Below the pieces are notes generated by a model. That model was not told where the DNA came from. It was given only the letters and a program-made list of their open reading frames with translations, and ran no database searches. The position numbers and the translations under genes are program-made. This document shows positions 1 through 9,837 of a stretch of 64,000 bases of DNA, piece by piece (position 1 is the first letter of the stretch; the number at the start of each line of letters is the position of its first letter). The stretch is from Myxococcota bacterium (GTDB lineage: Bacteria > Myxococcota_A > UBA9160 > JAFDDA01): NCBI GenBank assembly GCA_965228475.1, contig OZ245817.1, forward strand, positions 2,016,001-2,080,000, read 5' to 3'.

Positions 1-612
1 GTTCCCGGCCCGGTAGGGCGGCTCGGCGCGCTGATAGGCGTCGTCTTCGAAGGCGCCGCTCGGGGTCTCGCCGTCGGCATCGATGAAATCGACGAGGTTC
101 TCGGCCAGCTCGCGCGGGTCGTAGTCCTTGTCCTCGTCCGTCACGGGGAGGGCGTCGACGACGCGCTCGAGCAGGGCTTCGAGCAGGGCGAGACCGATCG
201 GGTCGCGCAGCTTGCCGTCCTCGAACAGGGCGTTCAGGTTCAGGCGCGCGCCGGCGTCGAGGATGCGGAGTTCGAGGACCGCGTCGTCGCCCACCGGAAG
301 CGGGGTGCCGGCGGCGCGCGCCCAGAGGTCGTCCGAAGCCTCGACGCGGAAGGTCTCGTCGCCCTCGCGCAGGCGATCTTCGAGCAGCAGGGCCTTGGAG
401 AGCTCGATGCCGCCGCGGGCCAGGGCCTCGGCGGTGCGCGCGGCGTCGCGGTGCCGGGCCACGAGGCTGTCGACGGAGGCCCGGCGCGCGAAGGTCGCGA
501 CGGCGGTCGTGAAGAGCACCACGAAGAAGACGACGATGATCAGCGCGATCCCGGCGCGGCGCCGGTCCCGCGGCCGGAGCCCGGCGGTGGTGGGCGGCGT
601 GGGGCGCATCAT
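1..612 (-). CDS. gspK: Type II secretion minor pseudopilin GspK (3' part runs off the window)
   Basis: Translated by hand from ATG 612, which overlaps the gspJ stop: MMRPTPP...RRRAG/IALIIVVFFVVLF (prepilin-like, no E5), then DAGARLNLN and LAENLVDFIDAD motifs typical of GspK; follows gspJ. Confidence 0.9.
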   Translation of the reverse strand, partial: MMRPTPPTTAGLRPRDRRRAGIALIIVVFFVVLFTTAVATFARRASVDSLVARHRDAARTAEALARGGIELSKALLLEDRLREGDETFRVEASDDLWARAAGTPLPVGDDAVLELRILDAGARLNLNALFEDGKLRDPIGLALLEALLERVVDALPVTDEDKDYDPRELAENLVDFIDADGETPSGAFEDDAYQRAEPPYRAGN

Positions 613-1550
613 CGGTTCCCCTGGCAGTGGGGCAGCACGGCGTCCATGGGCACGCCGACGTCGCTCAGACACTGGTCCTGGAGCTCGAGGATGATCGACA
701 TGAGCTCGCCATCGAGGACGGCGGCGTCGATGCAGTCGCGCACGCGCAGGCAGTCCTCGTCCTCGCCTTCGCCGTCTTCGTTCTCCCCGTCCTCGTTCTC
801 GCCGTCTTCGGAGCCCGCCTCGCCGGGCGCCACGCCGGCGAGCTGGGCGGCGAGATCGAAGGGCCGGACGGGGAGGAGGACGCGCCGCGTGAAGCGCTCG
901 CCGTCGGCGGCCGGGTCCTCGGGCTGCATGCGGACGGAGACTTCGGCGACGAGCGGGAGCTGGCTCGAGCGCGCGAGCGAGGACGAGTCCCAGCGGTCCG
1001 TCCACTCGCCTTCTTCGTCCATCAGCCGGATGCCGAACTCGGCCAGGCCCTCGGCGGCGAGGAAGACGCCCGGGTCGTCGTCGCGCGGCATGCGGCGGTC
1101 GAGGCCTTCCGAGAGGCGCGGGAAGGACCAGCGGAACAGTTCGAGACTGCCGTCGACCGCCTCGCGCGTGAACCAGGCGACCTGGGCGAGGTCCGAGGCC
1201 TTGGCCCGGCTCGCGCTCGGCGCCTGGCCGCGGGTGATGAACTTCAGGCGGTTCGCGCCTTCGGAGAGGCCCCGCGCTTCCGCGAGGAAGAGCCAGGGGT
1301 GCTCGAGCGGGTCCATCTCGCCGGGTTTCTCGACGAGGCGCGCGGCTTCGAGATCGCGGGCGACGCGGTCGAGGACGGCGGTCGCGCGCCGGGCGTCGCG
1401 GGTGAGATCCGCCGCGCGGATGTTCTGGCTCGAGACGTCCACGTAGCCGCTGATCGCGACGCTCGTGACCGCGACGATCACCACGAGCACGGCCATCAGC
1501 TCGAGCAGGCTGAAGCCCCGGGCCAGCGGGCGGTGCTCTTGCCGCCTCAC
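609..1550 (-). CDS. gspJ: Type II secretion pseudopilin GspJ
   Basis: GTG 1550 overlaps the gspI stop; RG/FSLLELMAVLVVI prepilin motif; C-terminal WTDRWDS...QLPLVAEV typical of GspJ. Confidence 0.85.
   Translation of the reverse strand: MRRQEHRPLARGFSLLELMAVLVVIVAVTSVAISGYVDVSSQNIRAADLTRDARRATAVLDRVARDLEAARLVEKPGEMDPLEHPWLFLAEARGLSEGANRLKFITRGQAPSASRAKASDLAQVAWFTREAVDGSLELFRWSFPRLSEGLDRRMPRDDDPGVFLAAEGLAEFGIRLMDEEGEWTDRWDSSSLARSSQLPLVAEVSVRMQPEDPAADGERFTRRVLLPVRPFDLAAQLAGVAPGEAGSEDGENEDGENEDGEGEDEDCLRVRDCIDAAVLDGELMSIILELQDQCLSDVGVPMDAVLPHCQGNR
771..810. repeat. Imperfect 15-bp tandem repeat encoding EDGEN units in the GspJ C-terminal acidic tract
   Basis: gccgtcttcgttctc / cccgtcctcgttctc / gccgtcttcg; protein reads EDGENEDGENEDGEGEDED. 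Confidence 0.7.
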
Positions 1551-2110
1551 GGTTCCGGCGTGTCCTGGGCACCCGGAGGCGCCTCCGGCCCCGGCCCGTC
1601 GCTGCCGAGCGTCACGCCGGCCTGCTGGAGGAGTTCCGTGGCGGCCGCCGAATCGAGGACGAAGGTCGTCCGGCGCACCTCGCGGTCCGCCACGCCGTCG
1701 AACCAACGGACGGCGATTGCGATCTGGCGCAGGGCCGGCTCCTTGCCGCGGCCGGCCGGCGAGAGCAGGCTCGGCGCCCGGGTGTCGCGAGGGCGCGCAT
1801 CTTCCGGTTCGGGGAGCCACTCCTCGAACGGGAGCTCCAGGGCCGAGATCTCGATGCGGACGTCGAAGTCGCCTTCGTTCTCTTCGCGCACGCCGAGGGG
1901 GGCGGGCACGCCCAACGCACGCTGGGAGTCGATCTCGGCCAGCACGCGATCCGCGAGCAGGGAAGCGTGGAGCCGGCGGTTGGCGTCGCCCTCGGCGATC
2001 GTGGCGTTGATGTTGCTCGCCGAGAGCGCGCCGTACATCGCCGCCATGATGACCGCGGCGGCGAGCACCTCGAGCAGGGTGAAGCCGGTGCGCGTCCTAC
2101 GGCAGGACAC
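1547..2110 (-). CDS. gspI: Type II secretion pseudopilin GspI
   Basis: GTG 2110; TG/FTLLEVLAAAVIMA prepilin motif; lies between gspH and gspJ. Confidence 0.85.
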   Translation of the reverse strand: MSCRRTRTGFTLLEVLAAAVIMAAMYGALSASNINATIAEGDANRRLHASLLADRVLAEIDSQRALGVPAPLGVREENEGDFDVRIEISALELPFEEWLPEPEDARPRDTRAPSLLSPAGRGKEPALRQIAIAVRWFDGVADREVRRTTFVLDSAAATELLQQAGVTLGSDGPGPEAPPGAQDTPEP

Positions 2111-2681
2111 TGACGCGCACCGTGTCGGCGAGGGGCAGGACTTCGAGGGCGAGGCCGTCGCCGTCCCCGTTCGCGAGGGCGATGATGGCGGGTGTGGCCG
2201 AACCGTCCTGGGCGAACTCGACGCCGACGATGCCCTGCTGCTGGATGCCCTCCGCGGTTTCGACCCTGGCGAAGTAGATGCCTTCGCCGAGCCCGGTCCC
2301 ACGGCCGAGCCGGTGGGCGATCGGCAGGAAGCTGCCGGTCACGGCCGGCGGGGCGAGCAGGGCGAGCGCTTCGTCGCGCTCCCGGTCCTCGGCGTCCTCC
2401 TCGGCTTCGGGCTCCGGCGTCTCGAAGCCTTCCACGTGGTAGCGGCTCTCGTCGAGGTCGATCGCCACCCGGTGGGGGGCTCCGGTCGCGATGGAGCGCT
2501 GGCGTGCGAGCTCGAGGCTCGCGCGCAGGGAGCTCGCGTCGCTCTCGAGGACGCGCCGGCTGCCGATCCCGAAGTTCGGCAGCACGAAGCCGTAGATGAG
2601 CGCGATCACGAGCACGACGGCCGCCATCTCGATCAGCGTGAAGCCCGCGAGGCGGGCCCGAAGGGCGGCCGGGCGGCGCAC
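2097..2681 (-). CDS. gspH: Type II secretion pseudopilin GspH
   Basis: AG/FTLIEMAAVVLVI; LELARQRSI and EFAQDGSAT motifs of GspH/FimT; follows gspG. Confidence 0.85.
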   Translation of the reverse strand: MRRPAALRARLAGFTLIEMAAVVLVIALIYGFVLPNFGIGSRRVLESDASSLRASLELARQRSIATGAPHRVAIDLDESRYHVEGFETPEPEAEEDAEDRERDEALALLAPPAVTGSFLPIAHRLGRGTGLGEGIYFARVETAEGIQQQGIVGVEFAQDGSATPAIIALANGDGDGLALEVLPLADTVRVSVLP

Positions 2682-2682
2682 G

Positions 2683-3129
2683 CTAGGCGTCGCCCCAGTT
2701 CCCGATGTCGGCGCTGTCCTCGCTTCCGCCGGGGGCTCCGTCGGCGCCGTAGGACCAGAGGTCGAACCCGCGCGGGTTGAACTCGCCCGGGGAGCGGTAC
2801 TGGTAGGGCTGGCCCCAGGGGTCGAGCGGCAGGGTCTTCTTCTGGAGGTAGCCGTCGGGCTGGTAGCGGCGCGGCTCCGGCGGAGACGTCGGCCGCGCGA
2901 TGAGCGCCTCGAGGCCCTGCTCGGTGGTCGGGTAGAACGAGTTGTCCATCCGATAGAACTCGAGCGCGCCCTCGAGCCGATCGATCTGGGCGCGCGCCGT
3001 GTCGACCCGAGCCTTGTCCATCGAGCCGGTGACGTTCACGCCGACCAACGCGATCAGCAGGCCGATGATGACGACCACGGCCATGATCTCGATGAGCGAG
3101 AAGCCGTTCGTCCGGGGGTGGTCTTGCAT
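2683..3129 (-). CDS. gspG: Type II secretion major pseudopilin GspG
   Basis: ATG 3129 after GGAG; NG/FSLIEIMAVVVIIG, YPTTEQGLEAL, LPLDPWGQPY, SYGADG, DIGNW. Confidence 0.97.
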   Translation of the reverse strand: MQDHPRTNGFSLIEIMAVVVIIGLLIALVGVNVTGSMDKARVDTARAQIDRLEGALEFYRMDNSFYPTTEQGLEALIARPTSPPEPRRYQPDGYLQKKTLPLDPWGQPYQYRSPGEFNPRGFDLWSYGADGAPGGSEDSADIGNWGDA

Positions 3130-3140
3130 GGGGTGTCTCC

Positions 3141-4364
3141 TCAACTGAGCGAGCCGGTGAGTTTCATGACGGGCTGCAGCGTCGCCATGATGATGAACAG
3201 GACGAGCCCGACCATCACGAGGATGAGCACGGGCTCGAGCAGGGCGGTGAGGCGTGAGACGGTGGTCTCGACCTCCTCGTCGTAGGTTTCGGCGACCTTG
3301 TCGAGCATGGCCTCGAGCTGGCCGCTCTGCTCCCCGACCTCGATCATCTGGGTCACCATCGGCGGGAACTGGCCGCTCTGGCGGAGCGGGCCGGCGATCG
3401 AGGCGCCCTCGGTGATGCTCACGCGCGCGTCGTCGATGGCTTCGCCGAGCACGACGTTGCCCGAGACGTCCCGGGCCACGTCCATCGCGCGCACGATGGG
3501 GATGCCGCCCGAGAGCAGGGTGGCGAGGGTGCGGGAGAAGCGGGCGACGGCGATGACCCGCGCCACGCGCCCGGCGACGGGCATGCGCAGGACCAGCCGG
3601 TCCCAGAGGCGCCGCCCGCGATCGGTCTGGATGAACGCGCGGACGCCGAGGCCCACGGCCACGAGGACGAGTCCGACCAGCCACCAGAAGCGGCGCACGA
3701 AGTCCGAGCCCTCGATGATCGCGACGGTGTAGAAGGGCAGGTCCTGGTCGAGGCTGTCCAGGAGCTCCGTGATCTGGGGCAGGACGAAGCTCACGAGCAC
3801 GGCGACGATCACGCCGGTGAAGGTGAGCATGAAGAGCGGGTAGACGAGGATCGCGCTGACCTTGTTGCGGAGGCGGACCTGGCCTTCGAGGTAGTTCGCG
3901 AGCCGCTCGAGGATGCGCTCGAGGGCGCCGCCCGCTTCGCCCGCGCGCACCATGCTCGTGTAGAGCTCCGAGAAGACGCTGCCCTGGGACATCGCGTCGG
4001 CGAGGGAGGCGCCCTCGTTCACGCGGTCGCGCACGCGCACGAACTCGGACTTGAGCTTCGTGTTCTCGCTCTGCTCGGCGACCGCGCCGAGCGCCGTCAC
4101 GAGCGGGACGCCGGCGCCGACGAGGGTCGAGAGCTGGCGGGTGGCGACGGACTGGTCCGTCATGGAGACGCCGAAGCTCGGCATCGTGATCTCGAACTGC
4201 GAGCGTTCGGTCGGGTCCGGGACGTTGCCGCCCTCGCGCAGCTCGGTCGGGAAGACGCCGTCGCTGCGCAGCTGGAGCCGTGCGGCGCGGGCGTTGTCCG
4301 CGTCGATGTACCCCTTCAGGTTCTTGCCGGAGTCGGATACGCCCCGATATTCGAAGACGGGCAT
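3141..4364 (-). CDS. gspF: Type II secretion inner-membrane platform protein GspF
   Basis: MPVFEYRG start, TRQLSTLVGAGVPL, RAGEAGG, GEQSGQLEAML, LLEPVLI. Confidence 0.97.
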   Translation of the reverse strand: MPVFEYRGVSDSGKNLKGYIDADNARAARLQLRSDGVFPTELREGGNVPDPTERSQFEITMPSFGVSMTDQSVATRQLSTLVGAGVPLVTALGAVAEQSENTKLKSEFVRVRDRVNEGASLADAMSQGSVFSELYTSMVRAGEAGGALERILERLANYLEGQVRLRNKVSAILVYPLFMLTFTGVIVAVLVSFVLPQITELLDSLDQDLPFYTVAIIEGSDFVRRFWWLVGLVLVAVGLGVRAFIQTDRGRRLWDRLVLRMPVAGRVARVIAVARFSRTLATLLSGGIPIVRAMDVARDVSGNVVLGEAIDDARVSITEGASIAGPLRQSGQFPPMVTQMIEVGEQSGQLEAMLDKVAETYDEEVETTVSRLTALLEPVLILVMVGLVLFIIMATLQPVMKLTGSLS

Positions 4365-4372
4365 CTCGGCTC

Positions 4373-6109
4373 CTAGATCTGCGCGACGACGCCTTCGTCC
4401 TCGGTGGCGCGCAGCACCTCGGCGACCGAGGTGATGCCCGCGAGGACCTTCCGGGCGCCGTCGACGCGCAGCGAGTGCATGCCGAGCTCGATGGCCTTCT
4501 TGCGGATCGTCTTGGCGTCGACGTTGCCGGTGACGAGGGTCCGCACTTCGTCGTCGACGAGCAGCAGCTCGAAGATGCCGACCCGGCCGCGGTAGCCCGT
4601 CTGGCTGCAGCGCGCGCAGCCCGTGGCGCGGTAGGCCTTCACCGGCTGGGCCGGGCGCCGGACGCCGAGCTCGACGAACTCTTCGTCGCTCGGCTCGTAG
4701 GGCTCGCGGCAGTCCGGGCAGAGCATGCGGACGAGGCGCTGGGCGAGGACGGCGACGAGGGAGGAACCCACGAGAAACGGTTCGACGCCCATGTCGACGA
4801 GCCGTGTGATGGCGCTCGCAGCATCGTTCGTATGCAGGGTCGAGAAGACGAGGTGGCCGGTGAGCGACGCCTGGATGGCGATCTCGGCGGTCTCGAGGTC
4901 GCGAATCTCGCCGACGAGGATGACGTTCGGGTCCTGGCGCAGGAAGGAGCGCAGCCCCGTCGCGAAGGTCAGGCCGATGCGCGGGTTCACCTCGACCTGG
5001 CCGACGCCTCGGAGCTGGATCTCGACCGGGTCCTCGATGGTGAGGATGTTCTTGTCGGTGCCGTTGATCTGGGCGAGGGCGCCGTAGAGCGTCGTCGTCT
5101 TGCCGCTGCCGGTCGGGCCGGTGACGAGGATGATGCCGTTCGGCCGGGAGATCAGTTTCGTCCAGATCTCGTGCTGCTGCGGGTTGAAGCCGAGCTTGCC
5201 GAGGTCGAGCAGCTCGGTCGAGCGGGGCAGGAGCCGCATCACGAGCCGCTCGCCGTGGGCGACCGGGACGGTCGAGAGGCGCACGTCGTAATCGCGGCCG
5301 GCGATCTTCAGCCGGATGCGCCCGTCCTGGGGCAGCCGCTTCTCCGCGATGTTCAGGCCGCCCATGATCTTCACGCGCGAGGCGATGCTCGCCTGGAGCG
5401 AGCGCGGAAGCGGCGGGATCGGCTCGTAGAGCACGTCGTCGATGCGGAAGCGGACGCGGATCTCCTCCTCGAAGGGCTCGAGGTGGATGTCCGAGGCGCG
5501 CTCCTTCACGGCGCTCTGCAGGAGCGAGTTCACCAGGCGGATGATCGGCGCGTCGTCGGCGGCGTCGATCAGGTCCGTCGGCTGGCTCGAGATCTCGTGG
5601 GCCATCGCGTCGAGGTCGAGAGCCGCGTCCTCGGCGAGCTTCTCGGCCGAGGCCGGGCCGCGGTCGTAGACCTCGTTGATGGCGGTCTCGATCGTGCGCC
5701 GGCTCGCGAGCGTCGTCTCGATCTCGGCCACGTCGAAGAGCAGCCGCAGGTCGTCGAAGGCGGTGGTGTCGAAGGGGTCCGAGACGGCGACGGTCACGGA
5801 CTCTTCGGTCCGCGAGAGCGGCAAGAGGTGGTGCGTTCGGGCGAAGGAGATCGGCACGCGGGAGAGCAGGTCGTCGTCGACGTCCGTGTGGCTGATGCTC
5901 TCGCGCACGGGCAGGTCGAGCTGCTCGGCGAGGGCGCGCACGACCTCGGTCTCGTCGACGTGGCCCTCGGCGATCAGGACGTCCAGCAGACCGCGCCCGC
6001 CGTCCTCCTGGAGGCGTCGCGCCTCCTCGAGGTGCTCGGGCGTGAGCCGCGTGGTCTGCAGCAGGACCGCGCCGAGCTCGAGGGAGCCGTTGTCCGCTGC
6101 GCTGCTCAC
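4373..6109 (-). CDS. gspE: Type II secretion ATPase GspE
   Basis: ASDIHLEP, EKRLPQDGRI, Walker A GPTGSGKT, LRQDPNVILVGEIRD, CPDC/CARC tetracysteine. Confidence 0.97.
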   Translation of the reverse strand: MSSAADNGSLELGAVLLQTTRLTPEHLEEARRLQEDGGRGLLDVLIAEGHVDETEVVRALAEQLDLPVRESISHTDVDDDLLSRVPISFARTHHLLPLSRTEESVTVAVSDPFDTTAFDDLRLLFDVAEIETTLASRRTIETAINEVYDRGPASAEKLAEDAALDLDAMAHEISSQPTDLIDAADDAPIIRLVNSLLQSAVKERASDIHLEPFEEEIRVRFRIDDVLYEPIPPLPRSLQASIASRVKIMGGLNIAEKRLPQDGRIRLKIAGRDYDVRLSTVPVAHGERLVMRLLPRSTELLDLGKLGFNPQQHEIWTKLISRPNGIILVTGPTGSGKTTTLYGALAQINGTDKNILTIEDPVEIQLRGVGQVEVNPRIGLTFATGLRSFLRQDPNVILVGEIRDLETAEIAIQASLTGHLVFSTLHTNDAASAITRLVDMGVEPFLVGSSLVAVLAQRLVRMLCPDCREPYEPSDEEFVELGVRRPAQPVKAYRATGCARCSQTGYRGRVGIFELLLVDDEVRTLVTGNVDAKTIRKKAIELGMHSLRVDGARKVLAGITSVAEVLRATEDEGVVAQI

Positions 6110-8697
6110 GGGCCTCCCTGGGCCTGGGGCTCGCCCACGATCACGGTCGGTGCGAGGCTGAAGCCGGCGCGGACCTCGGCGGCCGCGTCCCGCGCCTCGC
6201 CGACGTCTTCGTAGGGGCCGAGCACCACCTGGAAGATCAGGGCGCCGCCGCTGTCGCTCGAGACGATGAAGCCGTCGTGGCCCCCGTCGACGAGCTCGGT
6301 CAGGGTCGTCGCGGCCGCGGCCTCCGTGCTGAACACGGCGGCGAGCACGCTGTAGCGCGGGCCGTTCCGGCTGGCACGCTCCTGCTCCTCCTTCTCGAGC
6401 ATCTGCTGCTCACGCTGCTGCTCGATGTCGCGCATGCGCTCGAGCGGGTAGCGGTCTTCGTGCTGTTGGACCACGCGCCGGGCCGGGTTGCGGCCGTGAC
6501 CGCCCGCCGGGGGGAGACCCAGGGCCGCGGCCTTCGCGTTCTTCGCCTCGAGCTCCTTGCGCTCCTTGTCCGAGAGCTGCAGCGCCTCCATGGAGCGCTG
6601 CCGGAATTCCTCGCGCTTGCGCAGGGTCTCGTACTCGAGATCCGCGGGGCTGCGGACGATCTGCGGCGTCAGGAAGATGAGCAGGTTCTCCTTGGTCAGG
6701 TTGCGGCGCTCGGTCTTGAACAGCCAGCCGAGGATCGGGATGTCGCCGAGCCAGGGCACCTTGGAGAGGTTGTCCGAGTAGACGTCGCGGATCAGACCGC
6801 CGATCACGATCGTTTCGCCGTCGGCCACGACGACGGTGTTCTCGACGCGGCGGTTCGTGAGCGCGACGCCCACGTTCTCCGAACTCCCGACCGTCGCGCT
6901 CAGATTCGTGTCGATGCCCGTGATTTCCTGGAAGATGTCGAGCCGCAAGCTCTGGCCCTCGGTGATCTGCGGTGTGACGCGCAGGGTGACGCCGATCTCC
7001 TGCCTTTCGACGTTCACCGAGGTCGCGAGGTTCGTGTCTTGGCCGGCGGCGGACTCCACGCGGCTCGTGATGATCGGGATGTCGTTACCGATCTGGATCT
7101 CGGCCTCTTCGTTGTCCGAGGTCAGGATGTGAGGCGCCGAGATGATGTTGGTGTCGCCGTTGGTGGCCGAGGCGCGGATGATCCCCTGGATGATGCTTCC
7201 GCTGCGGACGCTGGTCGGGTTGCCGGCGGCGTCCATGTTGAAGTTCAGGTTGTTTCGTAGGAAGTTGGTGACGAACCCTGCGCCCGGAACCGCAGCGTTG
7301 GCCGCCGCGTCCACCGCGGTGCCCGCGACGGCACCCAGGCGGTTGCTCGTGCCGAAGCTGGTCGTGCTGGCTTCGGCCGAGGAGATCTGGATGTCGTTCG
7401 TGCCGGCCAGCCGCGCGATGCCGTTGAAGCCGAGCTCGCTCGTATCCGTGATGTTCACTTCCATGATCAGCGCCTCGACCAGCACCTGGGGGCGCGGGAT
7501 GTCGAGTTTGTCGATCACGGTGGAGAGCGTGCGGTAGCCCTCCTGGCTCGCCTGGATCACGAGGGCGTTGGTCGCGGCGTCCGCCGTCACGGTCACGCCT
7601 TCGGAGAGCTCCGTCACCGCGGCGCGCAGGGCCTGGGCCTGGGCGGCGCCGCGGCCGCGGCCCGCGCCGGCGGTGGCCGTCGCGGCGGGCTGGCCGCTGA
7701 TCAGCGAGGTGAGGGTGGTCGCGAGCTCCTCGGCGTCGGCGTGGCGCAGGTAGCGCACGTGGATGCGCCCGCCGCCGGTCACCGGGATGTCGAGCCGCCG
7801 CACCATCTCGCGGATGTCCTCGAGCTTCCCGCGCGAGGCGAGCACGATCAGCGAGTTCGTGCGCTCGTCGGTGATGATGCGGATGCGTCCGGCCCCGGGC
7901 GAGTTGTCCTCGTTGTTCGCGGCGTTGCGGCGGCGCGCCGACGTGGTCCGGCGGGGCGCCGGGGTCGCCGTGGTGGTCTCGGCGCCGTAGATCTCGGAGA
8001 GCTGCTGGGCCAGGGTCGAGGCGTCGCCGTGCTCGACCTTCAGGACCGCCAGGTTCTCCTTGTAGGTTTCGACGTCGATGGCGTCGAGGATGCCGAGCAG
8101 GCGCCGGATGTTCGCGGCGGAGTCCGTGAGGATGATCGTGTTGGTCGGTGCGTAGGAGACCATCGAGGCCTCCTTCGAGACGAGCGGCTTCAGCGTGTTC
8201 GCGATGGCCTCGGCGTCGATGTACTGGAGCGGGATCAGCCGCGTCACGAAGCGGTCGCGGTTCGGCGTGCCCTGGCTCCCGCGCAGGGTCTCGACGCTCG
8301 ACTCCTTGGCGTCGCGGATCGGGATGATCTTCACCACGCCGGAGGGCGTCTTCACCGTGGTGAAGCCCTTCACCTGCAGGATCGATTCGAAGACCGCGTA
8401 GGCCTGTTCCTTGCTCATCGGGGCCGGCGAGATCACCGTCACCCGGCCGCGCACCTTGTCGTCGTAGATGAAGTTCGTCCCGGTGAGCTGGGCGATCGTG
8501 TCGATCACGACCGAGAGCTCGACGTCGTTGAAATCGAGCTGCACCTGGCCGGCCTGCTGCGCGCCCGCGGGCTGGTGGGCCACGAGCAGGGCGAGGGCCG
8601 CGAGCGCCCCGATCGTGCGCATGCGAGCCCGGACCGGCGCGTGCGGGGCGTGGGAACTGGAAGCCAAAGAACCGGAAAGCAAGGATTTCTCCCTCAC
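6106..8697 (-). CDS. gspD: Type II secretion secretin GspD with C-terminal SPOR-like domain (alternative start ATG 8622)
   Basis: N0 (LDFNDVEL...FESILQVKGF), three KH-like N domains, LDIPRPQVLVEALIMEV, KVPWLGDIPILGWLF, LIFLTPQIV; about 190 extra C-terminal residues. Confidence 0.95.
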   Translation of the reverse strand: MREKSLLSGSLASSSHAPHAPVRARMRTIGALAALALLVAHQPAGAQQAGQVQLDFNDVELSVVIDTIAQLTGTNFIYDDKVRGRVTVISPAPMSKEQAYAVFESILQVKGFTTVKTPSGVVKIIPIRDAKESSVETLRGSQGTPNRDRFVTRLIPLQYIDAEAIANTLKPLVSKEASMVSYAPTNTIILTDSAANIRRLLGILDAIDVETYKENLAVLKVEHGDASTLAQQLSEIYGAETTTATPAPRRTTSARRRNAANNEDNSPGAGRIRIITDERTNSLIVLASRGKLEDIREMVRRLDIPVTGGGRIHVRYLRHADAEELATTLTSLISGQPAATATAGAGRGRGAAQAQALRAAVTELSEGVTVTADAATNALVIQASQEGYRTLSTVIDKLDIPRPQVLVEALIMEVNITDTSELGFNGIARLAGTNDIQISSAEASTTSFGTSNRLGAVAGTAVDAAANAAVPGAGFVTNFLRNNLNFNMDAAGNPTSVRSGSIIQGIIRASATNGDTNIISAPHILTSDNEEAEIQIGNDIPIITSRVESAAGQDTNLATSVNVERQEIGVTLRVTPQITEGQSLRLDIFQEITGIDTNLSATVGSSENVGVALTNRRVENTVVVADGETIVIGGLIRDVYSDNLSKVPWLGDIPILGWLFKTERRNLTKENLLIFLTPQIVRSPADLEYETLRKREEFRQRSMEALQLSDKERKELEAKNAKAAALGLPPAGGHGRNPARRVVQQHEDRYPLERMRDIEQQREQQMLEKEEQERASRNGPRYSVLAAVFSTEAAAATTLTELVDGGHDGFIVSSDSGGALIFQVVLGPYEDVGEARDAAAEVRAGFSLAPTVIVGEPQAQGGP

Positions 8698-9596
8698 GGC
8701 GTCGGAGCGAAGGTCATCGTGTCCTCCGACCCATCCTCACGCTCGACCTGGATTTCGAACTCTTCGCCGTTCATGAGCTGCTGGAGGAACTGGGCGCTGT
8801 CGGCGGGGCTGCCCAGGCTCTGGCCGTTGAAGCCGGTGATCGTGTCGCCGTCGGAGAGGCCGACCTCCGAGAACACGCTGTTCTCCTTGATCGAGTTCAG
8901 CTGGATCCCGACCATCTGCCCGTCCTCGTAGCGCGGCAGGATGCGCGCCTCCGAGAACAGCGACGCCGGGTTGCGCACGGCCTCCTGGACGTCGTCGTTG
9001 TCCACGGTGAAGCGGTTCTCCGCGACCTTGCGCACGCGCGACGCGAGGTTCTCGGTGCGCTCGCGCGGGCGCACCGGCCGGGTGCGCCGCGTGGGCCGGC
9101 GCGAGGCGACCTTCGTCGGCGTGTCGTCCTCGTCGAGGGTCAACTCCTCGAGCTTGCCCTGGTTGCGCAGCACGACGCGCTTTCGCTCGATGCGAACGAC
9201 GGAGACGCCGGCGCGCGCCTCGCCGCCCGTCGCCACGACCTTGTGCTTGCGGAGTTCCTGATCGTCGATGGCGGCCCAGGCGAGCGCCTGGTCGTCGGAG
9301 GCGGCGGTGCCGAGGAGCTTCAGGGGAAGCTTGGTCTCCTCGAGGTCCTCGGTCACCGGTGCGGGCTCGGGCTCCACCGCGGCCAGCTCGGTCGAGTTGA
9401 AGAGGTTGCGTTCGACGATCCGCCCGCGGTTCGGCGCGGCGCGGCGCGGCCCGCCCGTGGGCGTCGGGGCCGCCACCGCCGCAGCGGCTTCGGGCGCAAG
9501 ACGCGCCGCCCCCACCTCGGCGATCACGCCGGCGAGGATGAAGCAGCACAGGGCGAACAGGCCTGCGTTGACGGCCCAGATGGCGTAGCGGTTCAT
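8694..9596 (-). CDS. gspC: Type II secretion protein GspC with PDZ domain
   Basis: ATG 9596; N-terminal TM, IVERNLF, LPLKLLGT HR domain, C-terminal PDZ (GLSDGDTITGFNG); first gene of the gsp operon. Confidence 0.9.
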   Translation of the reverse strand: MNRYAIWAVNAGLFALCCFILAGVIAEVGAARLAPEAAAAVAAPTPTGGPRRAAPNRGRIVERNLFNSTELAAVEPEPAPVTEDLEETKLPLKLLGTAASDDQALAWAAIDDQELRKHKVVATGGEARAGVSVVRIERKRVVLRNQGKLEELTLDEDDTPTKVASRRPTRRTRPVRPRERTENLASRVRKVAENRFTVDNDDVQEAVRNPASLFSEARILPRYEDGQMVGIQLNSIKENSVFSEVGLSDGDTITGFNGQSLGSPADSAQFLQQLMNGEEFEIQVEREDGSEDTMTFAPTP

Positions 9597-9837
9597 CGTC
9601 TCAAGCTTCCGGGCGGCAAGCCCGTCGTCCGCGGACCGCGGCCTGCGGGCGAGAGAGCCGCGTGCCGGGCGCAATGTAGCCCGGCAAACCCCTGAATCCA
9701 ATCATGTTCCCGTCCCATCGGCCATGGGTGCCCGCGAGCCAAACCCCGTCCCGGCGACCCCTGGGAGCCGGCGTTCTGGGCTACTCTTCTGGACACCGGA
9801 CCCCTCGATCCCGTTCATCGGCAGGCAGGAGGCAGCA

